A DNA stretch of 64,000 bases from Octopus bimaculoides (lineage: Eukaryota), in NCBI RefSeq assembly GCF_001194135.2, contig NC_068981.1, positions 176,944,561-177,008,560 of the forward strand. Reading direction: 5' to 3'. The position numbers and the translations under genes were made by a program. Every line of letters begins with the position of its first letter. Positions within the stretch are counted from its first letter, which is position 1. This document shows, in pieces, positions 48,701-62,332 of this stretch. Under the pieces are notes generated by a model. It did no database searches and was not told where the DNA came from. It worked only from the letters and a program-made list of their open reading frames with translations.

Positions 48701-50552
48701 ACGCAGTGTGTGTGTCGATACTATTTTTATAGTTGTTCGTGTATACATACTTATATATGATGTGTATGTGTTTAATATTTATACTCTCACATGATCGTAA
48801 TATCGCAAATAATCTACAACTAAGTACAGAAACTTGTACTGTATAATTGGAAATTTACAATGTTTGCTTGTAAAATATATTCACACACACACACACAATG
48901 ACAGTAATAATAATAATAGAGCATTCTAGCAGTAGTCTTATCTTGTATATTTAGTTGTGAGCATACGTTTTCTCTGTGACTTAAAATTCCCATTATTCTC
49001 CTCTACTGCACAAGAATTGAATTATCCAATTAACATCAATATTTCTGAGCTTATAATAATAATAACAACATTTTCTCTCACAACTAGCCATTCCCCATGA
49101 CTTGCCCAACGAATTCACCAAGCTGCGACAATGTACATACACGCATCTTTCTTTCCTCTCCGTGTGTGCTCGGTGAATTTGCGATTCTAGTGCCTCATCC
49201 ATATTAAAACGCACACACACATCTGTGTATCTATGATCCCTTTCTCTTCCACTGTGTGTGTGTGAATATATATATATATTTTGTGTGTGTATACATAATA
49301 TATATACACGTGTATATAATATAATATACACATATACATACGTACACACACATAAAATACATGTGTGTGTACAAAACATAGGCACACACACACACGCCAA
49401 CGAAAAACAGCATTTAATACATGTAGTAGATTCTTTTTTTTATATTGGTTCGAAGTTGATGATTCATCCAGTTGCTTCTGTTTTTTCTCGCTACGTGCAA
49501 GCCTTCAGGCGACATATATATATGAGAATGAATATGAATATACATACATACATTCACTCACTCACGCACCCTTTTTGCGTGTGTGTTGTATATTTAAACA
49601 CACACACATTCTCGCTCAACAATAAAATTATCTCACGCACACACACGCATTACTTTCATGTAAACCCTAAGGTTTTTCTGCCTTCAGTTGTACTTTAAAT
49701 ATTAGATTTGTTTCGAATAGTCCTATGAAGCAAACATTTGTGAAACAGGGTTCGAACACTATTACTGGTATTTATTTTATATCAATGAAAGATGACGTTT
49801 CTGCGTGGGGTTCGAACGAAGTTTATTTTACCAAACATATATCGTATGAAAGCAGTAAATCTTGTGTCGAACGGTGGACCGCCTCAGCATTGTCACTTAT
49901 TCTTTTCTGTTGTCTTTTTAAAAAAATACTTGTGTGCCCTCGTAATGTGGGTGTGTGTTTTGGATTATTTCAGAAGCTTCTTGTTGCATCCAGATCTATT
50001 TTTCTTTTTTTTTTCACTTCATTGTCATTCCAATTCGATCTACTTTCACTTCACTTCACACACGAAGTTGATTCATTTCTCTTTAAGGAAAGGCATGCAG
50101 GCTTATAAAATTTATTTTACTTTTCCATTTCTTTTCCCGCTATAATATCTGAAACACCTCTACTAAGAATGGATTTAATTCATTTTTATGTTACTAAGGC
50201 TCGTGTGAGTGTGTTTAAAACATAGAAGATAATTTCTATGGTCTCTCAACTGTACGAACGGTCATCATGGCAGGGAAAATTGGAAAAAATTAGGAAAAAT
50301 TCTCTCTTGTGACGAGATACAAGATCCTCTGTTATATAGGTTTAAGGAAACGGGCATTATTCGTTCTAAGGAATACTAGTGACTATAATGAAGGTTAGGA
50401 ATTTTTCTATGGAAGGGGCATGTACACTATATCACTATTTGAAACAACATTCACTCACGCGGGTTTTGTACTCCGAACGTGGAAAAAATAATATAAAAGT
50501 TTAGCACTGTTTACATAATCTACAGTAAACTGATGAAATAAGAAATATAATC

Positions 50553-50564
50553 TCTTTCTCTCTC

Positions 50565-50640
<76 letters not shown>
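50553..50640. repeat. (CT)n-(AT)n microsatellite
   Basis: Visible directly. Confidence 0.95.
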
Positions 50641-50641
<1 letters not shown>

Positions 50642-50689
50642 GCACACACACTCACATACACACAAGAGTAAGCACATAAATGTGGAAAA

Positions 50690-50847
50690 AATAGTACTCG
50701 AATACCGGAGGTAGAGTAATATGCTTTATTATTAAAGCTGCAAAGACATCACAAAATCTGTTACTCTGAGTTTCACGTTCCTGTTCGTCAACCCAAACTG
50801 TCCGACGAACGGGAACGTGAAACTCTTGAGTAACAGTTTTTGTGATG

Positions 50848-50850
<3 letters not shown>
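50690..50850. mobile_element. Penelope-like inverted terminal-repeat remnant (long hairpin)
   Basis: 46/47-bp inverted arms at 50744-50789 and 50804-50850 around a 14-nt loop. Each arm holds a hammerhead core on its own strand. Confidence 0.65.
50795..50839 (+). ncRNA. Type I hammerhead ribozyme-like motif
   Basis: Stem I AAACTGT/ACAGTTT (7 bp perfect), core CCGACGA (canonical CTGANGA, U4>C), stem II ACG/CGT with GGAA loop, GAAA, stem III CTC/GAG, and TA cleavage site after 50832. Confidence 0.7.
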
Positions 50851-50882
<32 letters not shown>

Positions 50883-51339
50883 CGTTTATACATAATCAAA
50901 TATACAAAAATTTAGTCATGTAAACCTACTGCTTTTTTATCTCCTAGTACCAACAGTTTGTCAAGTTTATCCTATTTAAACTGTAATTAAGTTATACCTG
51001 TGTGTATGTGTGACATCGACGGAAGATTATGCGTGTGTGTAAGCACGTTTTGTATTTGACGTCTATCGACTACGTCGCTTTTACCATCTTTACCATCCCC
51101 CTACCACTGCTTTTCAATTCAAGTGTTCCTCCATCGACTTCAGTTTCTTATGTTAACTCTCTGTACCTCCCTCTATACTGTCTCTCCTCCTCCTCTTTCT
51201 GTTCATTGTAAAGCATGACTGGAAAAATTAACCAACTAACATTTATATCAGCTATTATATACATGTGTGTATATCTATCTATTTAATCTATCTAATCTAT
51301 CTATCTATCTATCTATCTATCCACACATACATCTCAATG

Positions 51340-51965
51340 TATCCTTGTTTAAAAGACAAGCCAGGCTGTGGCAACCAAAGGGGCCTTCTCCAAAGAGTAG
51401 AGTGCCTCAGGAAACTGTCTGAGGATGGGGCTCTTATGGTAGCTCTTTTGGACATGCCATTAGTTACACAAACACCAACACTTGCTAGCTATGCCGACGA
51501 CTCAAAAGTCGTAAAAGCAGTCAAGGAACCTTGGTGCCATATATAAATATATATAGGAGTGGCTGTGTGGTAAGTAGCTTGCTTACCAGCCACATGGTTC
51601 TGGGTTCAGTCCCACTGCGTGGCACCTTGGGCAAGTGTCTTCAACTATAGCCTTGGGCCGACCAAAGCCTTGTGAGTGGATTTGGTAAACGGAAACTGAA
51701 AGAAGCCCATCGTATATATGTATGTGTGTGTTTGTGTTTGTGTGTCTGTGTTTGTCCCCCCAACATCGTTTGACAACCGATGCTGGTGTGTTTATGTCCC
51801 CGTAACTTAGCGGTTCGGCAAAAGAGACCAATAGAATAAGTACTAGGCATCCAAATAAGTCCTGGGGTCGANNNNNNNNNNNNNNNNNNNNNNNNNNNNN
51901 NNNNNNNNNNNNNNNNNNNNNNNNNNNNNNNNNNNNNNNNNNNNNNNNNNNNNNNNNNNNNNNNN

Positions 51966-52012
<47 letters not shown>

Positions 52013-52890
52013 GGGCTGAAGAATCCAACATACAATTTAATGCAGAAAAATTCCAAGCCCTCTGCTATCAACTAAATTGTACTAACATGTCACAACAAAG
52101 ATGCTTTGGATCAAAAGGAGCGGCAACCCCTGAGTCAAGGGATTGATATGAGCAGCAATGCCTTGTTTCACATTTATGTTGCCAAGATGGGGGCAGTGTG
52201 TGCAGGGAAATGGCCAGATGGATTCTGAGAACTTTCAGAGCAAGGAACCAGGAAACTATGCTGATTCTATACAGGACATTGGCTTCAGTCATCTGAACTG
52301 TTGCTGTCAACTGTGGTCACCTCACAGTGTTGATTTAATAGCAGAACTTGGGGCAGTTCAGCAGTGCTATACCAGGAAGATTATATCAATGGAGTAGCTG
52401 AGCTACTGGGAGAGACTGAAAGGGCTATGACTCTTCTCCCAGGTGTAAAAACGGGAGAAATATGCAATGACATACGTATGGAAGATCCTGGAGGGTTTGA
52501 CAGAAAACTCTGGTGTTGAGAGCTCTACCAGCCCCTGGACTAGACATCACTGTACTGTTCCAGAATCCCTAGCCATCCAAGCTAGAGTGAGGGCTATGTA
52601 CTGCAATAGCTTGAGATTTGAGGGCCCACATTTAGTACTGAGTTAAAACTTCTGAGAGATCTACATGGAGTAGGGATAGATGTTTTCAATAAGCAGCTTG
52701 ACCTCCTGCTGTCCAAGGTCCCAGATGAACCTACATCACATCAAGAAGCTCAAAAGAGGACAGTGATATCAAACTACCTCCTTCACCAAAAGCCAATCAC
52801 ATACGAATGGCTATCGAAAAGGGGATAACACTGGCAGTGCCCCAGCATGAGCATGGCCTTTTAGCTGAAACACAAAACAATAAAAGAATA
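51340..52890 (+). mobile_element. Decayed CR1/L2-like LINE 3' half, interrupted by a family A SINE and a gap
   Basis: YADD at 51490-51501. After the gap: WSP...ELGAVQQCYTRKI, LSYWERL (52401-52418) and WKILEG (52479-52496). Confidence 0.8.
51556..51871 (+). mobile_element. SINE family A, young copy (runs into gap)
   Basis: GGAGTGGCTGTGTGGTAAGTAGCTTGC...GGGTTCAGTCCCACTGCGTGGC...GTCCTGGGGTCGA. Confidence 0.92.
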
Positions 52891-53804
52891 TATCCATGTA
52901 CATCTGTATATGAATATATACATGTATATGCATACGCACACACACACACACACACATAAATACACAAAGACTGTGTGTGTGTGTGTGTGTATAGAGAGAG
53001 AGAGATGTATACTGTAAATACAATGAACAACAAAAAGGATAACACTGGAAGTATGAATTTTGATAAATACAGCATTAGTTTAATGCTTAAATGTTAGTAG
53101 AAAGTGTCTTAACATTTCAGACATTAGTCCTTCTTAATATGACAGAATCATAGAAGCAGTGAAAGAAGAGAGTGAATGGTTGAAAATCAGTTGGGTATGC
53201 TATTTTATAGGGGAATAGAATTAAGAAGGGACAAAAGTGATGGGTGTTACAATGTAAGTATAAGAATGTATTTGTTTCTAGAAACAGGCCTGAGTGGGGA
53301 GAGGTGTGTGGTAGTGTGGTGTTTGTATGTGTATAGAGGTGTACAAGTGTGGAAATATACATACATATTGTCACCTATATACATGTGTGTGTGTGTGCGT
53401 GCTTGTTTTCTGTCTATGCATGTATATGTATGTGTCAGTGAGCTACAAGCAGTGACATTTTGTTCTCATTTTCCCTGTAAAAAAAAAAAAAAAAATCAAC
53501 CACTGGTTTTGTGTGCCTTTGAAGATGTAAGCAGTTATACAGTGGATGCTCTTTCGGTATGTAATCTTTAGCTGTTCCACTTCTTATGTATACATTCAGG
53601 AGGAGCATCTGAATGTGCTCCAATGCCTCAATAATCTATTTTGCTAGCTCATGCTAACATGTCAAAATGGATGTCAAAAATGAACAAAGGAATATATATA
53701 TATATATGTGTATATATAAATACATGTGTGTGTGTGTGTATCAATATATATCAGTCTAATGATAGATACATGCATGTATATGTAGCTCCTCTTTAGCAAG
53801 AAAC

Positions 53805-53924
53805 CTGTTTTGCTCTGGCCCCTTCTGTCATATTGTGACATCTGACATAAAACTGCCTCTTTTTTCACTGCTGAAGGGGATCTTCCATCTTCTAACCTGC
53901 TTGTCAACCTTGCTAGTAATGATA
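53805..53924 (-). CDS. Weak candidate exon (120 nt, phase 1-1)
   Basis: Acceptor GCTTATTTTCACAG, frame SLLARLTSRLEDGRSPSAVKKEAVLCQMSQYDRRGQSKT, weak donor CAG|GTTTCT. Confidence 0.2.
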
Positions 53925-54157
53925 CTGTGAAAATAAGCACCTACTACACTGCAATCTGGTTGGTATTAAGAAGGCCACCCAGCCACAGAAATCATGCCAA
54001 AGCACACACTGAAGTATGATGCAAGCCTCAGATATTTCAGAATATTTTCAAACTGTCCAGTTCATGCTAGCCACGAATCTGAATGTTGAAAGATGATTAT
54101 AATTATGATGTTCATACATATGTATGCGTATTTATGTTTATACATGCATGTAATTAT

Positions 54158-54202
<45 letters not shown>

Positions 54203-54486
54203 AAAAAATGGAGGCAAACACTCTAATCATGTTGGATTTATTTTGAATGCATCCATCGAAACATATGTCGATGATATGAACATATAAATGATTTGATAAC
54301 ATCTTGAGCATTTGTCCTCATTTTCAATTTTTCCTATGTTTTCTAAAATACATCTCGTTTCTCCTTGGAATTAACTCCCACACAAGTGTGATCACTGATT
54401 CCTGGGACACTTATGTGACATCTGGCTACCTTACAATTATTCCCCCAGATCTTTCCTATAAATTGAACATTCATATATATATATAT

Positions 54487-54635
54487 GGCGTTAGGAAGGG
54501 CATCCAGCTGTAGAAACTCTGCCAAATTAGATTGGAGCCTGGTGTAGCCATCCTGTTGCACCAGTCCTCAGTCAAATCGTCCAACCCATGCTAGCATGGA
54601 AAGCGGACGTTAAACGATGATGATGATGATGATGA
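54487..54635 (+). mobile_element. Retroposon family C, 5'-truncated
   Basis: GGCGTTAGGAAGGGCATCCAGCTG...GGAAAGCGGACGTTAAACGATGATGATG. Confidence 0.92.
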
Positions 54636-54900
54636 TATATATATTTAAAAACTTAAAGGTATATATAATGTATATCTATATCACATTTGTTAATATCATC
54701 ATCATCATCGTATATACATATTACACATGCACATGTGTATATACATGCATACATTTTAAGTATGCCTATATATATCTACTTATGTTTATATGTAAATATG
54801 TATATATACATATATGCATATATATGTATATATACATATCTGTATGTACATACATGTATGTGTATACAAGATCTATACATATTTATACATACACACACAC

Positions 54901-54944
<44 letters not shown>

Positions 54945-55767
54945 GCATATACAGTTAATGTTTGCACCCTCTTACATAAGTCCATCTTTGTATATATATA
55001 CTTGCACATATATACATTTGTATACAAACCTGTATATGTATATATAAGTATGCATATATAAAAATGAATATATATATATGTAAATATCTATGCATTCATC
55101 TGTATCCATATATATGTACATGTATATATTGATGTATGTGTGTGTGTATATACATATGTATGCATATATATGTGTGTATGTGGACATGTACCTTCTTCAC
55201 TTTTGTCTTTTTCTTCTTTAAAATTCCTTATCTTTCTTTTTCTTTTTTTTCCCTTCACTTTTCTCTTTCTGTCTTCCCCCCCCCCCCATTCTTCCTTTTT
55301 TATCTTTTGAAATTCCCCCTTTATCAACCTTTATCTTAGCATTATGTTTATATAACTTAGTGTCTGATTACCTTTCAAACCCCTATCACTGATTTCTCAC
55401 TGACAATGATTTTTAAGTGCACAGATTGAATTTTGTAGTCATTTGATCTTTGTTCTTCCATTTTAAATCAATATTTTTTTATCAATTTTGATAATTTTGT
55501 TTCTTCACAAAATATCATTATTATCCATCATAGCACAATGGATGTACAATGTTACAAACCCTAGGGCTAAACAGTTTTTTCTCTAGCATGAAATGAGCTT
55601 AGGCTTATGTTTTCTCATAATTTCTCATCTCATACTGAACTTCACACAGGAGCCACCCTGAATCCTTACTGAGACAGGTCTGAAGAATGTAGGATTTTCC
55701 TTCAGACCCACACGGGGTCTGCTTCTTACACGAAATTATTCTGGCTTGTATATAACTGTTTTATACC

Positions 55768-56005
55768 TCATCATCATCGTTTAACGTCCGCTTTCCATGC
55801 TAGCATGGGTTGGACGATTTGACTGAGGACTGGTGAAACCAGATGGCTACACCAGGCTCCAATCTGATTTGGCAGAGTTTCTACAGCTGGATGCCCTTCC
55901 TAACACCAACCACTCTGAGAGTGTAGTGGGTGCTTTTACGTGCCACCGACACGAAGGCCAGTCAGGCAGTACTGGCAACGGCCACGCTCAAATGGTGTAT
56001 TTTAT
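55768..56005 (-). mobile_element. Retroposon family C
   Basis: CATCATCGTTTAACGTCCGCTTTCCATGC... Further fragments at ~56395-56480, 56710-56895 and 57385-57413. Confidence 0.9.
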
Positions 56006-56510
56006 GTGGAGTGACCTGGATATTACACTGTAGTTCATAAAATGCACGTGTGAGTGCAGCAGTTTGCAGTTATTGTTAAGTTAATACAACCTCTTCAGTG
56101 GGAAGTTAGCATACCAGTTACCATAAAGGAACCACACAAGCAAAACATGTTCAAGTCTTCAGTCTTTGTAGCTGTCTAATGATTTAGACACATGTTTTTG
56201 TGATTCTGAAACTCAGGATAATGGCTGTCAAAAGTTGCAAGCACATATGTGTGTGTGTGTGTGTGTGTGTGTATTTATATACATTTATATGTATATATTT
56301 ATAAAAACATATATATCTTTATACATTCATATAATGCATATATATTCATATTTGTACACACATACTCAATTATGCATACACCTGTATATATCATCATTAT
56401 CATCATTTAGCATCTGCTTTCCATGCTGCGATGGATTGGATGGTTTGACTGGAGCTGGTAAGCCAGAGAGCTGCACCAGGTTCCAGTCTGATCTGGCAGC
56501 TATATATATT

Positions 56511-56547
<37 letters not shown>

Positions 56548-57646
56548 ATATATATATAATACACACACATATGTATTGTAGATATTTAAATGCAACTGTT
56601 ACTGATGAACAAAATCAAAGAAAATATCCTTTATTGATTTAGTTAACTCATGAAACTAAAGGATTTTTTCGGAATGATTTGTATGACTTTCGCACGAATA
56701 TACAAATCATTGTCATCTTCATCAGTTAACATTCGTTTCCCATGCTGGCATGGGTTGGACAGATTTACACTATGCAGGCAAGCCAGAGGACTGAATAAAG
56801 CTTCGGTCTGTTTTGGCATGGTTTTTACAGTTGGATGTCCTTCCTAACACCAACCACTTTATAGAGTGAACTGAGTACTTTTTACATGGCACCAGCAAGG
56901 TCTGTTGCTCATATTAATCATCTAAGTAGTTCCTGTTGTTTTTATAGTTGTGGACATGTTCCATCCAATCCGTATTTGATATTTGCTTTGATTTTGTTTA
57001 TCTGTTTCGATTGCCCATAAATGTCTTCCAAATAATGTGTTTTCCCCAATTGTCCAAAGCTTAATGTATTGATTCATGGAGTTTTTGAGCTTCCAAATCA
57101 TATTTCATACGTCATCAATGGGCACTGCACTCTCCTTTCCTATATTCTTTCTAGAATAGTAACAACTAACCACTCCTTTGTGATTCAAATACATATGCAG
57201 CAACATTTAAAATGATAACACACCGGTTTTATATACATGCACATACACACTTTATTTGTGGGTTAAGAAGGCAACCAATGGTTTCACGTGAACAGTTCTT
57301 CACAATTGTTCAAGCGTGCCACTTGGAAGAGTTCATTGGTTTCATAAATATCTACCTATCTATCTGTCTATATATATATATATATATCATCATCATTTAA
57401 CGTCCGCTTTCCATAAATTCACAGGGTATCAGAGGTGAATATATATTTAACTATGTGACTTCTATAGGGTTACAGCTGTTTCGCAACTTTCTTGTATTAA
57501 TTTCCATATGGAAGAAATTATGCATATATTAATATGTATGCTCAGCATTGTACAATTGTATATTCACAAATTAATGAAAATAAAGAAAGCTAACTCATCA
57601 AATCACCAGAGTGTCATGTTACACCAACAATTCATTTTATACCACT

Positions 57647-57750
<104 letters not shown>

Positions 57751-59194
57751 TGAATTTTATCTCAGTCATATCATCAGTGCGTGTTGTTTATTCTCAAGCG
57801 CTTTAAAATATTTTAACGCGCGCTTGCACACACACACACATTCTTTAATTAATATTGCGTTTGAATATAAATGTGTATTTTGAGAACTGGATTTGCAGAC
57901 CCATCAATGGTCCATCGATTCCTTAGAGAGTTGAGTTCCACAATACACCAAGTATTTTGTTTTGTCGTCCGAAACATCGTTTCGGTTGTGTTTTAGCTTC
58001 GCTGCTGTTTTTTTTTTTTGTTTTTTTTTGACACAACAAGCATCCGTTTGATCCATCCTATGTGTGCATGTATGCGCATCTGTCTATTTCTCTGTGTTTT
58101 GATAATTTATTTATATATTCACTTATTTTCACAAGAATGAATAACTTAGTTTCCTCATTCTCGGTCCCGTAAATTCAAATAGTCTGACACTACTTCACAC
58201 TTCTGTTTCTGTCGACAAAATTAGTATTAGTAACATACTGGGAAGTGAGTAGAAAATGCTAACAATTAACATAATTGCTTGGAAAAAAATATATATTTTC
58301 CGTATTTTGATTTTTAAAAATTACTTGAAAATTCCAGTATTAATTACCACCAACTTATTCTGAAAATGCTTTGTGTTTTATATATTAAATTGTTTACATC
58401 ATTAAAACACCTTATCTGTAGAGAGAAGACAGGAACATCGTTAGACATGCAATGCACGACTTGACATTCTCACTGTATCTATTATTATTATTGTTATTAA
58501 CTCGGAAAGTTTCGTACCTAATTAAGTATTATGAATGTTACAACTGATTATATCCAAATATGCGTCATACTAGAAATGATTGATCACCAGTGTTAATAAC
58601 TATCATCATTTTCATTCTGACGCAACGAGATGGCAGTTATGGTAGCGCAAATATCCAATATTGATTTTATTAAACCCGAGTTCCAATCCTGTTACAATCA
58701 GCTTTGTCATTTTGGGGCCAATAAAATAAGTACCGCTCATATATCACAATATATTCAATCCTCTATCATTACACTTTTCTTTCTATAACGTAGTCGATTA
58801 TGCGCTTGGTAAGCAAAAGTGGTTTCAACCCAGTCAGTGAACTAAGTTTTTTCTCTCTCTCTTTTCCGTCTCAGATTTATTGTTACATTTAATATAGCTT
58901 CTTGTTGAAAATCTAATTATTTAATTTATTCATCATCATCATTATTGTTGTTGTAGAGTAGCAGAAGCTGCAAATTGTTAGACATGTCTGGTGACATTTA
59001 GCTTCATTTCTGTGCGTTCTAAGTTCATGTCTGTCGGGATTGACCATGTTGCCCTTCCAGGAATCGATACCATAAAGTACCAGCTTTGTAATGATCCCGA
59101 TTCCATTGATTGTTCCCTTCTCACAATTTGACAGCAGAGTGATGTGTTTTCCTTGTACTATATTCTGGCTTGTTTCTCATCCCTCAGGTCATGT

Positions 59195-59567
59195 TGTGCG
59201 TTGGCACTCCGTCGCTTACGACGTCGAGGGTTCCAGTTGATCCGATCAACGGAACAGCCTGCTCGTGAAATTAACGTGCAAGTGGCTGAGCACTCCACAG
59301 ACATGTGTACCCTTAACGTAGTTCTCGGGGATATTCAGCGTGACACAGTGTGACAAGGCTGACCCTTTGAATTACAGGCACAACAGAAACAGGAAGAAAG
59401 AGTGAGAGAAAGTTGTGGTGAAAGAGTACAGCAGGGTTCGCCACCAACCCCTACCGGAGCATCGTGGAGCTTTAGGTGTTTTCGCTCAATAAACACTCAC
59501 AACGCCCGGTCTGGGAATCGAAACCGCGAGTCCGCTGCCCTAACCACTGGGCCATTGCGCCTCCACT
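59195..59567 (-). mobile_element. SINE family E-related, young full copy (373 bp)
   Basis: 11-bp TSD TCAGGTCATGT at 59184-59194 and 59568-59578. tRNA-like head GGAGGCGCAATGGCCCAGTGGTTAGGG...GGTTTCGATTCCC, and a tail shared with 8488-8808. Confidence 0.92.
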
Positions 59568-62139
59568 TCAGGTCATGTACTAGGGAAGAATTCATTCAAC
59601 AGTACACTTCAATTACATATTTGAAACTTTTTAGCTAGTAAAATTATTCCATAACGTCAGGCAGGTTATGCCGTTAAGCCAACTCCACATCTCAGTTTGA
59701 AATATAGGATCTAGATCCGAAATATATTTCACTCCGCTCAAAGCAATTGATACGAGTTCATTACTCTTGTGTGAATCTAACGTCCTTTGTACCTCGTTGA
59801 AACATGTTATTCTAGAGCCATCCTATCGGCATTGAGCTACAGACAGAATCAGGCTTAGACATTCGAAAGTATTATAGTTTCGAGTCCTAATCATTTAATG
59901 ATCATCATCATCTTGATATAAAGTGTATAACGGCCTTACTCATAGCCCTTGTTTTTATATAATTATGTATTTGTACAGCACCATGCATCCTGTTAAATTC
60001 TCATGAATGAATGGATTCCGGTGGCAAATAATTAATGGGTTATTATTATTTTGCATTTTATTCCTTCTGGGTCGGTAAAACTGTCAGTTTAGTACTTTGG
60101 CTGATGGTATCGACTCTCAAGAAAGCCGGCTTTGTGTTTTAAAGTAAAAAAATGTCAAAGCGGGTAATGAATGGATTGAAGGAATCGTTAGATCGTCAAG
60201 AGAAATGCTTTGCTGTGTTTGCCCCGGTTCTTTACATTCCCAGGTCATCTTTCCCTTTTAAAGACCCCCAATGAAAAACACGGTACAAGTAAGCCAATTG
60301 AATTAATTGTACATGTTCTCTATAAATCCTTGCGCCATCGTTAGCAATTATTATTATTAATATATTTCAAAAGGCAGTGGATTGCGAAACTTGCATGCCG
60401 GCGACTTAAATTCCTTGCAGTATTTAGTTATGATCTGGGTGAAATCAAATATCACCAAGGTAAACTTTGCCGTTCATGAACTCTGGTGTCGAAAAAAGAA
60501 AGCACCAATCAAGATCTGGAATCGATTAATAGATTCTATCCCTCTTCCTCAAAAAATATGGACATGCCATTGCGCCTGTGCTTTTTTACTGTTCAGATAT
60601 CGCATGGGTCGATTTTGCCTTTCATCTGTTCAGGTTCTTTTAAATTTTAGCTGTTCTGCTTATGCGAGAAATAATTGTTACTATTCAGCACGATCGTTTC
60701 ACCAAAACCTAAGCCTTGTAACACTTTTCTGACAAGTAATTTCTGTGAATCCTTCCCAGTTTCCCTCAACTGTAAGTGTGGCCCGTGGTGTGCTAGAATA
60801 GAGAGGAAATGAGATGTCAAGTCTTGACAAATCGACCGTAGCGTGACGTAAATGTTTGTAATATACAAGTTCAGTAAACCGTTCCCTTTATAAAAGAAAA
60901 ATGCTTTTCCTGGAAGTAAATTACAAAGGCAATTTTTATCTACCTTGTAGCTAAAATTTCCAATTAATCTACCTCCATTCCCAATGTAATAAACCTGATG
61001 CATTTTGTCACATTGGGAATTCTGTTGTGTTGTGTTGATTGAAATGAGTTTTCAGGTTTGCCAAGTTAGCATCTTCGTTTCGGGTTTCCATTTCCAGTTG
61101 TAGCTATTTTATTAGGTCCTTCCGAAAGGCGTGAAGGCTTCGTTTTCACTCGTAAAATTGTAGCCCTGTGCATTAGAGATATAAATTGCCCCTCCCAAAA
61201 TACAAAAATATCATACACCGCCTTCTAAGAGATACCAAAGCTTTGAAACTATGGAGGAAATGACTGTTAGTTTCTATTACTCGAAATGGCCGTGGTGTAA
61301 CGTAATTGGTAGAATGACTAGCAGTATTTAGTTGCGTTCGTGTGTGTTTATATGTATGTATGTATAATATTACTTGTCTGAGTTCAGATCACACCGCAAT
61401 TGACTTCAACATAAATTCTTCTGAGGTTGGTAAAATAAAATATCAGTCAAGTCCTGAATTCATTAACTTTGTAGGCTTGACACTGATGTTAAAAGTGAAT
61501 GTTCTGTCACAGCGGCTGTTTTGTTATTTAGGAAAGGTGTGTCAACTGTTTTCCTTTTCCCCTCCCTTAAACATCTTAAACTTCAAGCATGAGAGAGGTG
61601 AATAAGACTTGATGTTTATGACAACTGATTTTGTGTTTGAAGGTTCAAACCCCACCTAGATTTTAATCTGTTTGCCTTATGATTAACGTTTCAGGCTGTT
61701 ATTTGTAAAGTAGAAATTGTTAGTTCTGTATCTTTTTATTCTAATCTCAGTTTAAGTTAAGATTAACATTACTTTTTATTCCTCTCAACTCGTTACCTGC
61801 AATATTGTAAATTTCGTTTGTAAGGAACCAGTGGTTTATAACTTGGGCTACGTAACGACCCTTTCGGGTTGCTGTGAACTCAGAAAGGGGCGACATATGT
61901 CATCGAGTACTGTTAGTTCGCCGAGTGTTTTCTTAGAAATAATGTATTTAAGCCAGGTGCAATGCTTATATTTTGAATACCTTAAAAACAATCTTTGTTG
62001 GGGTTAGAAAATGAGTTGGATAATGTGTTATGAATGAGTAAAAAAAAGACGATGTGGCAAAACCCAAATAATTTCATGACAAGGTCCTCGCTTTTAGTAA
62101 TTTTCATAGAAATTTAACATGGGGACAACAGTCTTGCAA

Positions 62140-62332
62140 CACCCAACGGAAGTCCATATAAGATTTAGTTAAAGTTTGCGCAATAAATCGGTTATATTTT
62201 TACAATACACAAAATATTTTAACATTTTTAAATACAATTCCTAATATTTAATTATAAAAAAGTATTTTTTTTAAACATCGAATGGCTATGAAGGTCCACT
62301 CGAGTATTTAAAAAAATGGTTGAGAATCATTC
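62140..62332 (-). mobile_element. Degenerate copy of the 6340/30088 hAT MITE family
   Basis: AATACACAAAATATTTTAACATTTTT...GAATGGCTATGAAGGTCC...GGTTGAGAATCATT. Confidence 0.6.

Noticed and set aside
49725-50108. 127-aa + strand ORF
   Set aside because: No recognisable motif or splice signals, and the 3' half is driven by T-rich sequence.
53525-53556. Phase-compatible + strand exon-2 candidate (DVSSYTVDALS)
   Set aside because: The donor is good but the acceptor (GAAG, poor pyrimidine tract) is weak, so it cannot be separated from chance.
56596-56660. CTGATGA...GAAAC with an internal stem
   Set aside because: Eight extra bases separate the stem from GAAA and no stem I forms, so it is not a valid hammerhead.
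60647-61003. 118-aa - strand ORF
   Set aside because: No recognisable domain or supporting splice sites. The length is compatible with chance.
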